A DNA stretch of 64,000 nucleotides from Phyllobates terribilis (taxonomy: Eukaryota). The stretch is from positions 327,980,001 through 328,044,000 of the forward strand of contig NW_027362768.1 of NCBI RefSeq assembly GCF_046119375.1, in the 5' to 3' direction. Both the position numbers and the translations under genes were made by a program. Below are positions 10,478 to 22,700 of this stretch, piece after piece (positions within the stretch are counted from its first letter, which is position 1; every line of letters begins with the position of its first letter). A model generated the notes under the pieces. It worked only from the letters and a program-made list of their open reading frames with translations. It did no database searches and was not told the DNA's origin.

Positions 10478-13400
10478 GTGAGTGTTGTATTACTGGTGGC
10501 TTTAAATGGAAAGTCAATGACTTATTAATGTAAGTGGTCACTCAGGTGCTTTTGCTCCATTACTGCTGCTGTCTGAGGTCCTCCTAATTAAAAGGGTCGT
10601 TCAAGGACCTCTGTCTGGCGTATCAATGTTATAGAGGTGGGGTCTTCTGCTCCGTGCCCCCCACTATGTGTCCAGCAGAGAGATATGTTGCGTCATGTGA
10701 AGTAGTGCCATGTCATCCTCTTTTTACAACCATAAAACGCAAATGCCTAGAAAAGTTCTTGCCGGGTGTCGGATCTCCACCCATCTGCTATATAAGACCT
10801 ATCCTATGAACAACCCCTTTAATATATGATTGATATAAGGGCCCTATTAATTATTTGTGCTTAATTTAAAGTCACTTTGTGCTTTTTTTTTACTTTTTGT
10901 AGTCCGAATTTTTTACAAAAGGCGCCGGCCGTTCATGAGTTACTCGCAGAATCCAAAAAAATGCTTTTTATTTTTGTCTTTAACCTAACTTTAAAGTTTC
11001 AGACGTAGGTAAAATCATTCCGGAGGGGGAATACTTAGAATAGATTTGCGCAAAAAGTCTGAAACTTTTTAAAAAGTCGCAATTGATGAATTGTCTGAAA
11101 ATGTGTAGAAAATAAAGATCTCGCCCATAACACTGAAAATTAAAAAAGAAACCGGGTGAACACCTAAAAATAAATAAAATGGAATAAAAAAATAAAATTG
11201 TTTAGAATTATTATAACAAATAAAATTACTTTAAAGAAGGCGCAAATGAAAAAGTAAAGGAGAAAATGCAATGATGGATCAGGGCCCAGAGAGCACCAGC
11301 AGGGACCCCACACTGCGCAGTTGCCTTCCATGGTACCGCAGATCCTATTTTCTGCTACTGATGAAATGTGAGCGATTGGGGGAGGGGGCTCTATAGGAGT
11401 TTAAAGGGAGCGTGACAGCTAAAAATACCCCCAACCCTATTTACTTGTATGCCTAATGGTAAACTGCGCTTAAAACATTCATCTGGGTACAGGGAGAATT
11501 TTTTTTTTCTCCCTGCAGCTGCTGGCTTTAACTTATTGGATGCGGAGACAGGGGGCTTTAACCGTCCTTGCTCGCTATATAGCAGGCCAGGTAGTCAGTC
11601 AAGGTGCAGGGGAGTGATTGTAGCCGTCCGATGACTGAAAGCGAGCAGCTGCTGGGAGAATATAACTTCATTTTCTCCCAGTAGCAGCTGCTCCAGTAAG
11701 CCAGACACCTTCTGGATGTAGCAGAGTTGGCGATCGTCGTGGGACCTCCTTATTATGGATTTACGGCGGACAGGTGAGGATAACTTTGATTTCTATGGAA
11801 ATAAATGGGTAAATGAGGATAATTGTCGGGGAGTGTTTTATTTCAATTAAAGGAGTTTTCTCTGTATGTGTCTTTATTAATTTTGACTACAGGGTTAATA
11901 TTGGGTGTGTCTAATAGATGCCTCTCCATCACAAACCCCTGGGTGTGATATCAGCGGACATTTAACAGCTGACATCAACCCCAAAACCATTACCCCATCT
12001 GCCAACGCAGCCGAGGCTAAGCGCCAGAATTGACGCATCTAATGGATGCACCATTTCTGGGGCAGCTGAGGGCTGGTGTTATTAGTCTGGGAGGGGGCCA
12101 ATATCCATGGCCCCCTCCCAGCCTATTATTATCAGTCTGCAGCGGTCTGTTTAGCCTTTGCTGGTTGTTAAAAATAAGGAGGGAACCAAAAACGTGGGGT
12201 CCCCCAATAACTAGTAAAGGCTACAGAGACAGCTGTGAGCTGTTATTAATAGGCTGGGAACCTTTATGGATATTGGCCCCTTCCCAGAATAATAACACCA
12301 ACCCCCAGCTGTCTGCTTTCTTTCTGTTGGTTAGTAAAAATAAGGGGGACCCCAAGCCACTTTTTAAAAATAAATTAGTTATTAGGTTTAAAATGGCTAA
12401 ACACACTTTAGTGCACATGAAAGGCAATAAAGGGTGCTAGTTTATCATATGTAGTGGGCTTGTGACATTAAATATCTACAGGACAGCTATCCTATTTATT
12501 CTGTCTGTCTATGATTGTTTTATTAGTTTGTAAACTAGTGTTAAATGATAGAGAATGACAGTATGTTAAAAACACATTGCATACGGATTCTACTTGATAA
12601 AAATCACATTGTACTCGCATGACTCTCGTCCTACTTCTCAGGAACAACATCGGAGCGATTTTTTTTTTTTTTACGCTGATGAGTGCGAGCCCTAAGAGGG
12701 TAACCCCTCGTAGGGAGTATTTGGCTGCTTATCCAGGAAAAGCTACCAGGTCCTGCACATTTCATTTAAGTATGAAGACTGATTTCAACTGGACCGGCCG
12801 GCTGCATGTGGATGAAACGCCGTCTCCCCTCCGTGGCCAATGGCTACCTAATTTTGTTTAAAAAAATGTACAGACGTTGGCCAGGTGGATTTCCGGTTTT
12901 GGAAACCTCCTGTTCCCATGCGCAGTTTGTTTGGGGAAAAAAAACCAAAATACTTGGCTTTACTCACCATGCCCAGGTCCAGTGCTTAGTCTACATCGCT
13001 GCCCCGGTGTCTGTTGTCATTTCGACAGCCTTGCAGCCAGTCACTTAGCTGAGCAGCTCATTATGTCAATTCAGCTCACTGATTAGCTGCAGCGCTGTCT
13101 ACGAGACATCAACACTGCAGGCAATGGCAGACACAAGGAGCAGTCGTGGAGACTTGGCGCTGGACCCGGGGAGGGGTGTAAAGAACAGTTTTCTTTTTTT
13201 TAATACAATTTGCAGCTGGGGCACGGGTTTTCCGAATCTGGAAGAATACCTCTTTAAAGCTGCGTAGATACACTACGTGCTCTAACCTTTACTATTACCT
13301 TTTAGTGTACGTGTAATACTCATAATTGACCAGTAGATGTCACCCATGTCCTTTCATCTGCAGTACATACAGATTATTCATTTTTTACTGTTTTATTTGC

Positions 13401-13543
13401 GTATTTTATAAACTTTTTAATTTTTTTTTTTTAATATTCCTTGCACAGTGTATAACTAATCAGGTCAGATGGAACAGTCATTAGTGGTCAGATCCAGAAA
13501 ATAGCGACATTTTTCTTCTCTTCTATAAGCTGATTATATAAGC

Positions 13544-13635
13544 ATGGAAGAGAGACCCAACCCTGCAGAAGCCACCACGTACCAGAGGATTGTGCAGAAG
13601 AACTTCTCCGAGTATCATTACCTGAAGACTCAGCT
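13544..13635 (+). CDS. RPP14: RPP14 coding exon 1
   Basis: ATG in agcATGg context; ends CT|gtaag. Confidence 0.93.
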
Positions 13636-16600
13636 GTAAGGATCTATAAAATCTGCTACATGAATTGTACCGCCACATATAACCGACTGTGTCTTATCTA
13701 CAGAGTCTTTCAAGACAAGACCCCCAAGATTTCTGCAGCTCAGTTCAAGGCATTGATTGTCTCAGCATTAAAGGATTTGCATGGAGAGGTAATATATAAT
13801 AAACTGTTATTTCCTACGAACTAACATCGGTCTATATTGGGAGGGAAAAGAAAAGGATTGGGCATGTTGAATTTCTACATGCCTCATCCTAAGTTCTCAG
13901 ATGTATCTGGCAGCGGCTTATTCCTCTCTGTCCATTCAGGCTATGCTCACACTGAATTTTGAGGTGTTCAAAACTTGAATTTTTCTAGCGGAAAGCGCTT
14001 CAAGAAAATCCCCTTTTTTTTCTTGAAAAGTTTTTTTTTTTTTTTTTTTAAGGAGGATTTTGGAACAGATCTAATTAAAAAAAAAAAATAAACTTTGTGT
14101 GAACATACCCTTATTTTCACACTGTATGGCCGATTGTGACCATTATATATAGGACATCCAGTAGCTCCAATGGGCAGTGAGAAGGGTTGAACTCCTCCCC
14201 CAAAAAATAAAAATGGATCCCAAGCAAGAAATGGAAGGAGGTGACCACACACAGTTTCTACAGGTTGGGGTGCAAAGGTACAAAAGGAGACCTAGTTTGA
14301 CTGGTACCATTAAAAACCCTAGATATAATTGTTGTACACAGAGAAAAAGATTCAAAATTGCGCATTGTGTCCATGTTCTCAGGTCGGAGTTTCCTTCCCG
14401 TTGGACCTGTTAAAATTTGATGAAAAGACCCTGTGTGCCATACTGAGGATCAAGAGCAGGTAAGGAGCGGTGATCAACAGGTAAAATTTACTCTGTGTAA
14501 GTCAAGCCATAATTAGTATATTTCCTGTCTGCATATTGAAGATGCTAATTATGTACTTAGACGTCATAGAACAAAATTTTATCTGCTTATTTCCTTCGAA
14601 AATGTAAACTTAAGCACGGAGAGGGGAGAAAGTATCTCAGGGAGGGTAGAGAAAGCAGGCTATAAATGAGGAAAGCACATGCAGAGCAAATTAGTGCAGG
14701 ATAGAAGCTGTGCTGATATACGAGCAGCGAAGACATCCTCTCATTGGATACACACAGAGCTCACATCCAGCCTATATTACTGAGAGAGACACTCCCACAA
14801 GAAAAACATCTGATTCTTGGATCAGGCTGGAAACTGTATATTATGGGGTCAGAAAATGAATAAAGGAATGAAGCTGTCAGGCTTAAACTTAGTACAATAA
14901 TATTATTTCATGTGAAATAAAATTTTCCGTGTCAAAGGTTTCTCTAGCCTTTAATAGTCTTCAGTGCAGCTGTTCACACAGGGGTAGTTTTGTCTTTGCA
15001 TTTATTTGTATTTTTTACCAGTATGTCCTTGTGTATTTGATCTGTATTTGTTGCATTTGATCTTTTCTTACAGCGGCCTCGTGAAGCTGTGGACGTCTCT
15101 GACCCTGCTGGGACAATACCAGGGCCTGCAGTGCAGCATTCGTGTGTTAGAGGTAAATCCTCATCCATCACGGATCCGGTGACTGTGTCTGTAGCAGCGA
15201 TGCATGACCGTGACAAACAGATACTGGGGTGACTTGTTTTTGCAGTCCTGCTGCATAGCTGATAGTAAGGCTCTATGGCATTGGGCACCTGGCCCCGGAT
15301 ACATCCACTTTATACATAAGTAGTCATTTAGGAAGTTTTTACTGTATGTTTTTATTTTTTTCACCCGTATTACTGGGCCGGCTCTGCTATGCCATATTTG
15401 CATTGAGTTTTATTTCCTCTTTTTGTGACTGTACAATGCCCCCCATATCCCTGCTGTGAGTACGTATAGAGGAGCTTCCTCTGGTCTATATAGATGGCAG
15501 TGCAGGCAGGAGCGATGGCATCATTTGGCACACATACGACATACACTTGTCTGAACGAGCCCTAAGGGGTCAATTCACACTACACGATGTGCAGTGTTAA
15601 ATGACCGCCGCCGGCAACATGTTTGCTGGTTGTCAGGGCATTTTATAGCTAGTGTACACAGAACAGTAATAAATCGCTCAGTGCACATAGTCGATAGCAC
15701 GAGTCCTGTTTACACAGGACGATGCGCTGCCGAGAACGATTTACTTTTGTGCAGCACAAAAAGATGATTTCATCTGACAATTGAGCGTTTCGCGGCTTCA
15801 TCAGGTGATCGGTTGCCTGTTTACGCTGCACGATTATCCTGGAAAAAATAAATAAGCGTTCTTGGGAACACTCAATCATGATAATCCTGCAGTGTAAGTG
15901 GACATTAAGGCCACGTCGCCTATCATATGCCATCCATTTTTCCCAGGCTCCTCATAGCAGTATACTGGGTTCACCCAACCATATTAAGTCTTGGGCCAGT
16001 CACGTCTTCAAATTGCCAAAGGGGCCGGCGCTAGGTGCGCAGCTCCATGTGCTCGTCTACCTCGCTGCCGGGTGCAGGAGCAGCCTGCTATGGACATGCA
16101 CGAGTCTGGGGAAAGTATGGAAAGTTGCCCTTGTGCACTGTTGGGTCGGCGTGCTGCCTGCCGAGCATATGGACGTTACAGTGACCAAATATTCGCTTGT
16201 GTGAATGAGCCCCTCGTCAGTAAAAACAGACCGCACGCTATTTTTTTTGCGGACACATTCACTTGATATAGCACGTTTGATCTGTAAATCGAACCAACCA
16301 TGGATATATCTCCATTTTTTTGCACACAATTACTGAAGTTTGAAAAGGCTTATTGACTAAAATGGGCTCTTGTTCTTTCCACCCCAAAAAAAAGGTGAAG
16401 GTGAAACTCTGATGGGTGAATGGGGCCTGAGTGTGAACACAAATAGGTAATGGCTAGGGATGAGCAGACCCGTGGAAGTTCAGGTTCTGTTACCCAACCA
16501 AACTTTATGTCCTACTTGAACATGACCCCGAACTCCATTGAGACGTATGGGAACCTAAACTTCGGAGTTAGAAAACTCTCTCTCGGGTCCGCTCATCTCT

Positions 16601-16782
16601 AGTAATTGTTAATCCGGAGCACAAACCCAATCTACAGATGATGCTATATAATGTGCGAGCCCCTACTGCACACATGAAATAAGCCCTGGGCAATAGACTA
16701 ACCTCTTATGTCCCTTCTCCGTCAGACGTCCCCTTTCCTGCTGGCTTTGGCTGGTAACAGCAGAGAACTGGTCCTAGACTAG
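13544..16782 (+). CDS. RPP14: Ribonuclease P/MRP protein subunit p14, 129 aa, 5 coding exons
   Basis: Exons 13544-13635, 13704-13788, 14383-14459, 15074-15152, 16726-16782 (390 nt, all GT-AG, phases consistent). Translation MEERPNPAEATTYQRIVQKNFSEYHYLKTQL...AAQFKALIVSALKDLHGE...PLDLLKFDEKTLCAILRI...GLVKLWTSLTLLG...SPFLLALAGNSRELVLD* matches human RPP14 as recalled. Confidence 0.96.
13704..13788 (+). CDS. RPP14: RPP14 coding exon 2
   Basis: ctacag|A GTC TTT...GGA GAG|gtaat. Confidence 0.95.
13939..14110. mobile_element. Short Harbinger-type MITE in an RPP14 intron
   Basis: TIRs ggctatgctcacac / gtgtgaacataccc; flanks TCA and TTA (imperfect TSD). Confidence 0.55.
14383..14459 (+). CDS. RPP14: RPP14 coding exon 3
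   Basis: ttctcag|GTC GGA...AGC AG|gtaagg. Confidence 0.95.
15074..15152 (+). CDS. RPP14: RPP14 coding exon 4
   Basis: ttacag|C GGC CTC...TTA GAG|gtaaat. Confidence 0.95.
16455..16601. mobile_element. hAT-type MITE (147 bp)
   Basis: TIRs tagggatgagc / gctcatctcta; degenerate 8-bp TSD gtaatggc / gtaattgt; partial inverted copy at ~18890-18966. Confidence 0.65.
16726..16782 (+). CDS. RPP14: RPP14 coding exon 5 (exon shared with HTD2)
   Basis: ccgtcag|ACG TCC CCT TTC...CTA GAC TAG. Confidence 0.95.
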   Translation, partial: TSPFLLALAGNSRELVLD

Positions 16783-16794
16783 ACGTTCCTCAGG

Positions 16795-17286
16795 ATGCTC
16801 CATCACGTGGTCACCAGTGGAAGATATTTCACCGGTTCCTCCAACCTTTCCATGTTGGGTTGCTTCGGTCATCTCATACGAAGGCTGTCGCACCTGCAGG
16901 TGGGAGACACCGCCGAGATCTCCAGGAACTTCACTCAGAAGGACGTTAGACTCTTCTCGGAGCTGACAGGTGATACTAACCCCCTACACCTTGATGAGAC
17001 TTTTGCAAAGAACACAAGATTTGGAAAACCCGTGGTACATGGGGTGCTCCTCAATGGCCTGGTGTCCGCAGTGTTGGGCACGAAGCTGCCAGGGGACGGT
17101 TGCGTGCTCCTCTCCCAGGACATTCGCTTCCCGGCACCTCTCCACGCTGGGGAAGAAGTCGTAGCAAGAGCACAAGTGAAGGCGGTAAAGAGAGCATTGG
17201 CGTTCATCAGCGTATCGTGTGTAGCCGCTGATGGTGGCCGGACCGTCATGGAAGGGACCGTGAAAGTGCTGATTCCTGGCGACTGA
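16795..17286 (+). CDS. HTD2: Mitochondrial hydroxyacyl-thioester dehydratase type 2 (MaoC/hot-dog fold, mtFAS), 163 aa, intronless second cistron
   Basis: Hydratase-2 motif GDTNPLH...VHGVLLNGLVSAVLGT; Arg/Ser-rich, acid-free N-terminus compatible with a mitochondrial presequence; position in the RPP14 last exon matches the known vertebrate arrangement. Confidence 0.96.
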   Translation: MLHHVVTSGRYFTGSSNLSMLGCFGHLIRRLSHLQVGDTAEISRNFTQKDVRLFSELTGDTNPLHLDETFAKNTRFGKPVVHGVLLNGLVSAVLGTKLPGDGCVLLSQDIRFPAPLHAGEEVVARAQVKAVKRALAFISVSCVAADGGRTVMEGTVKVLIPGD

Positions 17287-19269
17287 TCAGGTTTCCCAGG
17301 AGTATAAGACTTTGTGTGATATTCTTTAAGTTTAAGATTATTTTAGTCTTTTGCTTGATGTCTTTGGAACAGAATATGTTGGTCTAATATATAAAAAATA
17401 ATTTGGGTTATTTTTAAATGTGTAGTAAACATTCATTCATGACTGAGTTACTGTCACAATTCCTGGTGTGAACGAGGATCTTCTGACTTGGACAGAATTA
17501 GAAGTCTATATGTTGCCATTAGTTTGGATCATGAGACTTGCAATCGTGGCTGTAATACAGAGGGAAAAAATACGGCTGCAATGCTTCCCTTAGCATGAGT
17601 TGTTAGTTTGCAGCTGCCACATGTGGCAGAGTTCACACCAACATCCAACAGCCATTGGCCACCTGCTGAAGTGCATTCAACCATATGTGACAGGACCAGG
17701 ACACCTCCAGAAGACAGAGCTTGGAAGGTAGACAAGCGCAAGAATTGAAGATGTATAGTCAGTCCAGGGATAGCCGCAGCATTTGTAATGTGAACTAGTC
17801 CAGAGGAAAGTTTGGAATGTTTTCAGCAGACGAAGGGTTAATAAGCAAACAATGGAAGCCACAGGCAGCAGAGATGAAGAGGCAAACTCTTTATTTTATG
17901 GGGACGATGCACTTTGATGCAGGAGTGATAATAGTGTGAACAGTCTCTAGAGAGGAGCTTGTTATGCTTACAGCAGACGAAGCGTTAGCTGCAGGTCCGA
18001 GCCAGGAAGCAAATATAGATTGTAAAAGAAAACAGGAGTTTGATGAGATGATGTAACAAACACATAATACCCAGACACGTGTGTGTGTCCAAATCGGCTT
18101 TAAAAAGCCAACATCTTGTTAAACCCAACGGCAGCAGCCATAGGGCAAAGGAGCAGAGCCCTTTCCCGGAGAGCGGAGACAGGTACGTAACATCATATGC
18201 ATGAAAATGTCAGCAATGAAAAGAACATGTGACTCAGGTTTCCTGGATCACCCTAATATCTGCAACACTGCCCGAAACAGCCATATTAAAAAAATATTTT
18301 TTTAAAGAAGAAAAGTTTTATTTTTCATGGCAACTTTTTGGGTTATGTAAATTGTATTGTACAACTTCTGTTTTTTTTTTTTTTTTTTTTTGGGGATAAG
18401 TGACTGAGATCAGAGGAACCTTCCGTTATTATTTTGCCCATTTTCAAACTTGTTCTGTCACTTCTGATCCAACACGGCCAGGATCCCCCTCCCCCATGGT
18501 CTTAGTTCTTCCTCTTCTGTCTAGATTGGCACATGACCGCTGCAGTTGTGATGCATTGTTGCTTATTTTTGCGACCAGCGATTGCCTGCAGCGGTCACAT
18601 GCCCATCTGGACTAAACAGAAAGTACCAGACACAACAGTGGGAAATCAGTACAGTGAGTATTAGAGATGAACAAATAAACGAGGACCCTTGTCCTGCGCG
18701 CAGGTAAGTACTGTGTGAACTGCCTCCTACCTGCCGACAGTCCTGGTTCATCTGATTAGCCGGCCTGGTACAATGTCACGCTGATCAAAAGAGGCGCTGC
18801 AGATGCCCACTAACCGCTACTAGACATGCGAATCTTACTGGCAATTTATAACTAACCAATGTGTGTGGTTTTCAATGAGGTTCTGTACAGTTCTGGTACC
18901 TGAACTTTGAAATAAAGTTTGGGTCGTGTAGCAGAACCTGAACTTCCCCGGGTCCGTTCATCCCTAGATTGGGCATATTAAAATGTCAGCATGCCCGATC
19001 CTTTAAGGCATTATGCTGCCAGAGGTGTCCAATAGCTGTAATTTACTATATATATATATAGAAGTTCAAGACCTATTATATCACTCAAAACAAATAAAAA
19101 AGGAAATAATAAAGCTGTCAGTGTTACTGCATCGGTAAAAGGCCAATCTTCCTAGAAATAAAAAGTAATTAAAAAAAAATAATTGTAAGGACCTCAAAAT
19201 GGTATAAAAAAAATAAGTATGTATATATAATATATATGATTTGTAGATTGCGATGAAGGATGGCTCCTT

Positions 19270-19700
19270 TCCTCCATGTCTCCCCCGCTGCGGTGTGATA
19301 AGCCGGCACGTCTCCGCCGCACTGACACTCGCTCTGCCCCTCACTGTCACTTATCCCTTCTTACCCCGCCCCTCCGTATAAACCACGCCCATCATGGAGG
19401 CAGCTCCACCTTTCCCCGCCCACTTTGTCACCGCCGCTCCGCCCAGCGCTCCTGGCCCCGCCCCGCGGCACTGCCGGGCCTGCGCTCAGTAGTCCGCCTG
19501 CCGCCGCCGGGATGGCGTTCATGGAGAAACCAGCGGCCACCAAGCTGCTCCTGGATGACACGGTGCCGCTCACCGCCGCCATAGAGGCCAGCCAGAGCCT
19601 GCAGTCACACACGGTGGGTGTACGCGGCGTGCAGACCCCTGTCCGTGCTGTATACCCCATGTGTGTCCTCCCCCTCCTCCGGTCTATATACTGTGTGTAT
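19270..19700 (+). promoter_or_regulatory. PXK: PXK CpG-island promoter / exon 1 region
   Basis: GC- and CpG-rich stretch with GC boxes (ccccgcccc ~19364 and ~19456) directly upstream of the PXK ATG. Confidence 0.8.
19512..19613 (+). CDS. PXK: PXK exon 1
   Basis: MAFMEKPAATKLLLDDTVPLTAAIEASQSLQSHT|gtgggt. Confidence 0.96.
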
Positions 19701-22700
19701 ACCGCTCGTGTGTAATAGCGCTGACATGTGACCTGGATATAGGAAGTGTCAGAGCCCTGTGACGTCACAGTGCGAGCATTATATGCGGCTGTATAATGTG
19801 TGAGGCGTTGATATGTACCTGTGCACACTGTGTGTGCGGCAATTACCTCTGTGCCTGATTATCCGGGGTGCCAGACTATTGGAACTGGGGGAAAACACAT
19901 GAACTACCAGCAGAGATCAGCACAAAACTAATGGGCTAATGTCCCCCTCCCCTCCTGCCTTTGGCCCCTGGGGGTCCCCATGACCCCATCTCAATTTTTT
20001 TTATTATTTTTTGGTCAATTTTTTTTTTTTTTTTTGCGGTACGAGCCCCCGTTTTTATCGTCACTATTTTTGGGTCCGTACGACTTTCTGATCTTTTTCT
20101 TCCATTATTTTGGTAGATTCAATCGCCAAGTTAGCTTACATTTTTTTATGTTTTGGAAAAGGAGGATTTACATTTTTATATAATTTTTTTTTCACTTTAT
20201 AGTTTTTTTTTTGCATATTTTTTAATTTTTAGTTTCCTTTTACATTACTTTTTTTTTACTTTGTTTACATTTGTTTCATATATATATATATATTTTACAC
20301 TTTAGTTTATGTCCTATAGTTTTTCTTTTTTTCATGTGTTAAGAGTTTTTCAGACTTTATAGTTTTTACACTTTTTAGTTTTTTTTTGTTTTTTTTTACA
20401 TTTTTAGCTAATTTTACTTTTAGAATTTTTTTTTACAATTTCTATAGAGTTCTTTTTACAAGTTTTTTTTTCTTTTTGCTTGTCTCTCTTGTAGACTTGA
20501 ACCTATGAGCTCTTGTATAACGCACTGTAATATTGCAGAATATAGTAAAGCCTCGGCGAGGGGGCACTGGGGCCCTTCATTCATCCCCCAGGCTGCCATG
20601 GCCACCAGCTGCACATCATTTCCAACAGTTTAAATGCTGCTGTCACAGTTGACAGTGGTGTATAAGGGGTTAAACTGCTGCGATCAGAGCCGTGATTCTG
20701 GATTATTACATATTCCAAGTACCGGATTATTGGATTTATTCTGCACAGATATAACATGCCCTACATATTACAAGTCATTGGTGTTAGATTTTGTATGATG
20801 AACTGTCAGGACACAGAAGTGAAAGGGTTACTCTCACTGCAGACTGGTGACTTAGGCCGGAGCGTTGGGGGTCCTGTGGAATCTCTGTGTGGATGGACGC
20901 TGTGGGGGGCTTCCGTTTGCTTCCTGTGCATTATTTTCCTCCAGAGCTGAACTCTGTGACTTGGTTCAGTCCTAACATTAACCCATAAATCTCCATTTGT
21001 GATAACGGGAAGAATTCTCATTGATTAAACCTTAGTGAGTTTTGCCGACTGGTGGTAGAAATATTCCCGTAAAAAAAAAAAATTCACGTCAGGATTTTCG
21101 AAAAAGTTTTTTTTCTTCTTCGAAACGTAAACTTTATATTGTTTGTTTTTAATCAAAGCTGATCCAAAATTCTGTGAAGATTATTTTGGGGATTTGTCTT
21201 TTTTTAGAGCTCATCAAACAAATCTTTAAATAAAGTCATATAATGAAATAAGATTCTGGTCGCCTTCAGCAGCCACTAGGGGGGGAATTTTTAGAAACGA
21301 GCGCACTGGTGGTTGCGGCGGATTTAGGGGCATAAAATGTGAGAGGTCCCCTTAAGACATTGAATGCAATATTTAAAGAATCGGGCCTCAGTGCCTTGGA
21401 GTAAGGAGCCGTCACGTGCCATAATTTATTTTATCTTGGTGTAAATGCCGCTGTTCTCCTGAATCCGGCGATGTTTACCTTTTGTTCCTGCGCCTCTGCA
21501 TTCCCGAGATATGGCCCCTTCTTCCCTGCACATAAATCTAGTCTTGTTATACAAGTGGGTGTGGCCTTAGAATCTTCTCTGTGGGTGTCACCCATTTGCC
21601 TAACAAGATTACATTTATATACAAGGAATAAGAGGCCATATCTCGGGAACAGAGAGGAGCAGGAACAAAAGGAAAAAATCGCCGGATTCAGGAGAACAGC
21701 GGCATTTACACCAGGTAAAAAAATTACATATTTTATAGAAAGTGACAGGTCCCCTTTAAGCTCATGCTCTTTAATAAATTTGGCTGAATCATGTCTGTGC
21801 CATAAAATGAAATTTGAGCTTTGTTTTAGAAGAGGTCCTGATCCCAGCGATCAGCTCTGATCTGTGGGTGGTCACTGTAACAAGTGTTCATTTTCCCTGC
21901 AGCGCCACCACTGGTGAAAAAATGGCATTACACAATTCCTGTTGAAATAAGCTTGTTCTGTAATATATGAATGTTCTTTATCCTCCAAAGAGAGACCCTT
22001 TTTATAGCCCCCTCCTCTCTGACTGAGGGCCTTGATCAGGACCCTGGTACTGATGATGCTTTTATCTGCACTGAGATTGAATCAGGTGACGTTTCCCGTT
22101 ACGTTTGATTGTCCTGATGTGATACAGCAGAAGGAAGTCAGAATCTGAGATCACGGCGTGTCTGAACCCGTGACCGGAGCAGACGTTACTGTATGGAGAT
22201 TGCAACATATCCTCCTATGTAGTGAATAATACCGCCATCGCTGACACACGGCATCTCCAGCACAATAGATAGCGCCAGTCAGTGTGTAACGAGTGCTCTG
22301 GAAACGTTATGTAACGGCCGGAAGTCTGAGCCTCACTGCCACAATTATATCCCTCTAATACCTTACAGTCACACCCCCCCTTCTTAAAGGATACCTTCAC
22401 CATTGATCACCATCTTAATGCCGACATGCTAAATGGGGTCGTTTCATCTTGTTAAAGGGATCGTGTCATTATATTCTATACTTTGCAAAGTTAAACACGT
22501 AGAGCACACCGATGCCATCCTTGAGCTGTACGTGTTTATCACAGACCCATAGACTTGTATTGGCCATTGTCCTGCTAGAAAAAAACAGACATGTGAATAG
22601 CACCATAGATTATAATGGGTTTGTGTGGCATCCGTGAAATAAAATGGATACCCCATGTACTGGAAACATGGACATGTGAATGAGGCCTTAATCATAGTCC

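Noticed and set aside
16795-17286. Intronless MaoC-like ORF as a bacterial horizontal transfer or contamination
   Set aside because: It is the known vertebrate HTD2, embedded in the spliced RPP14 last exon with normal synteny.
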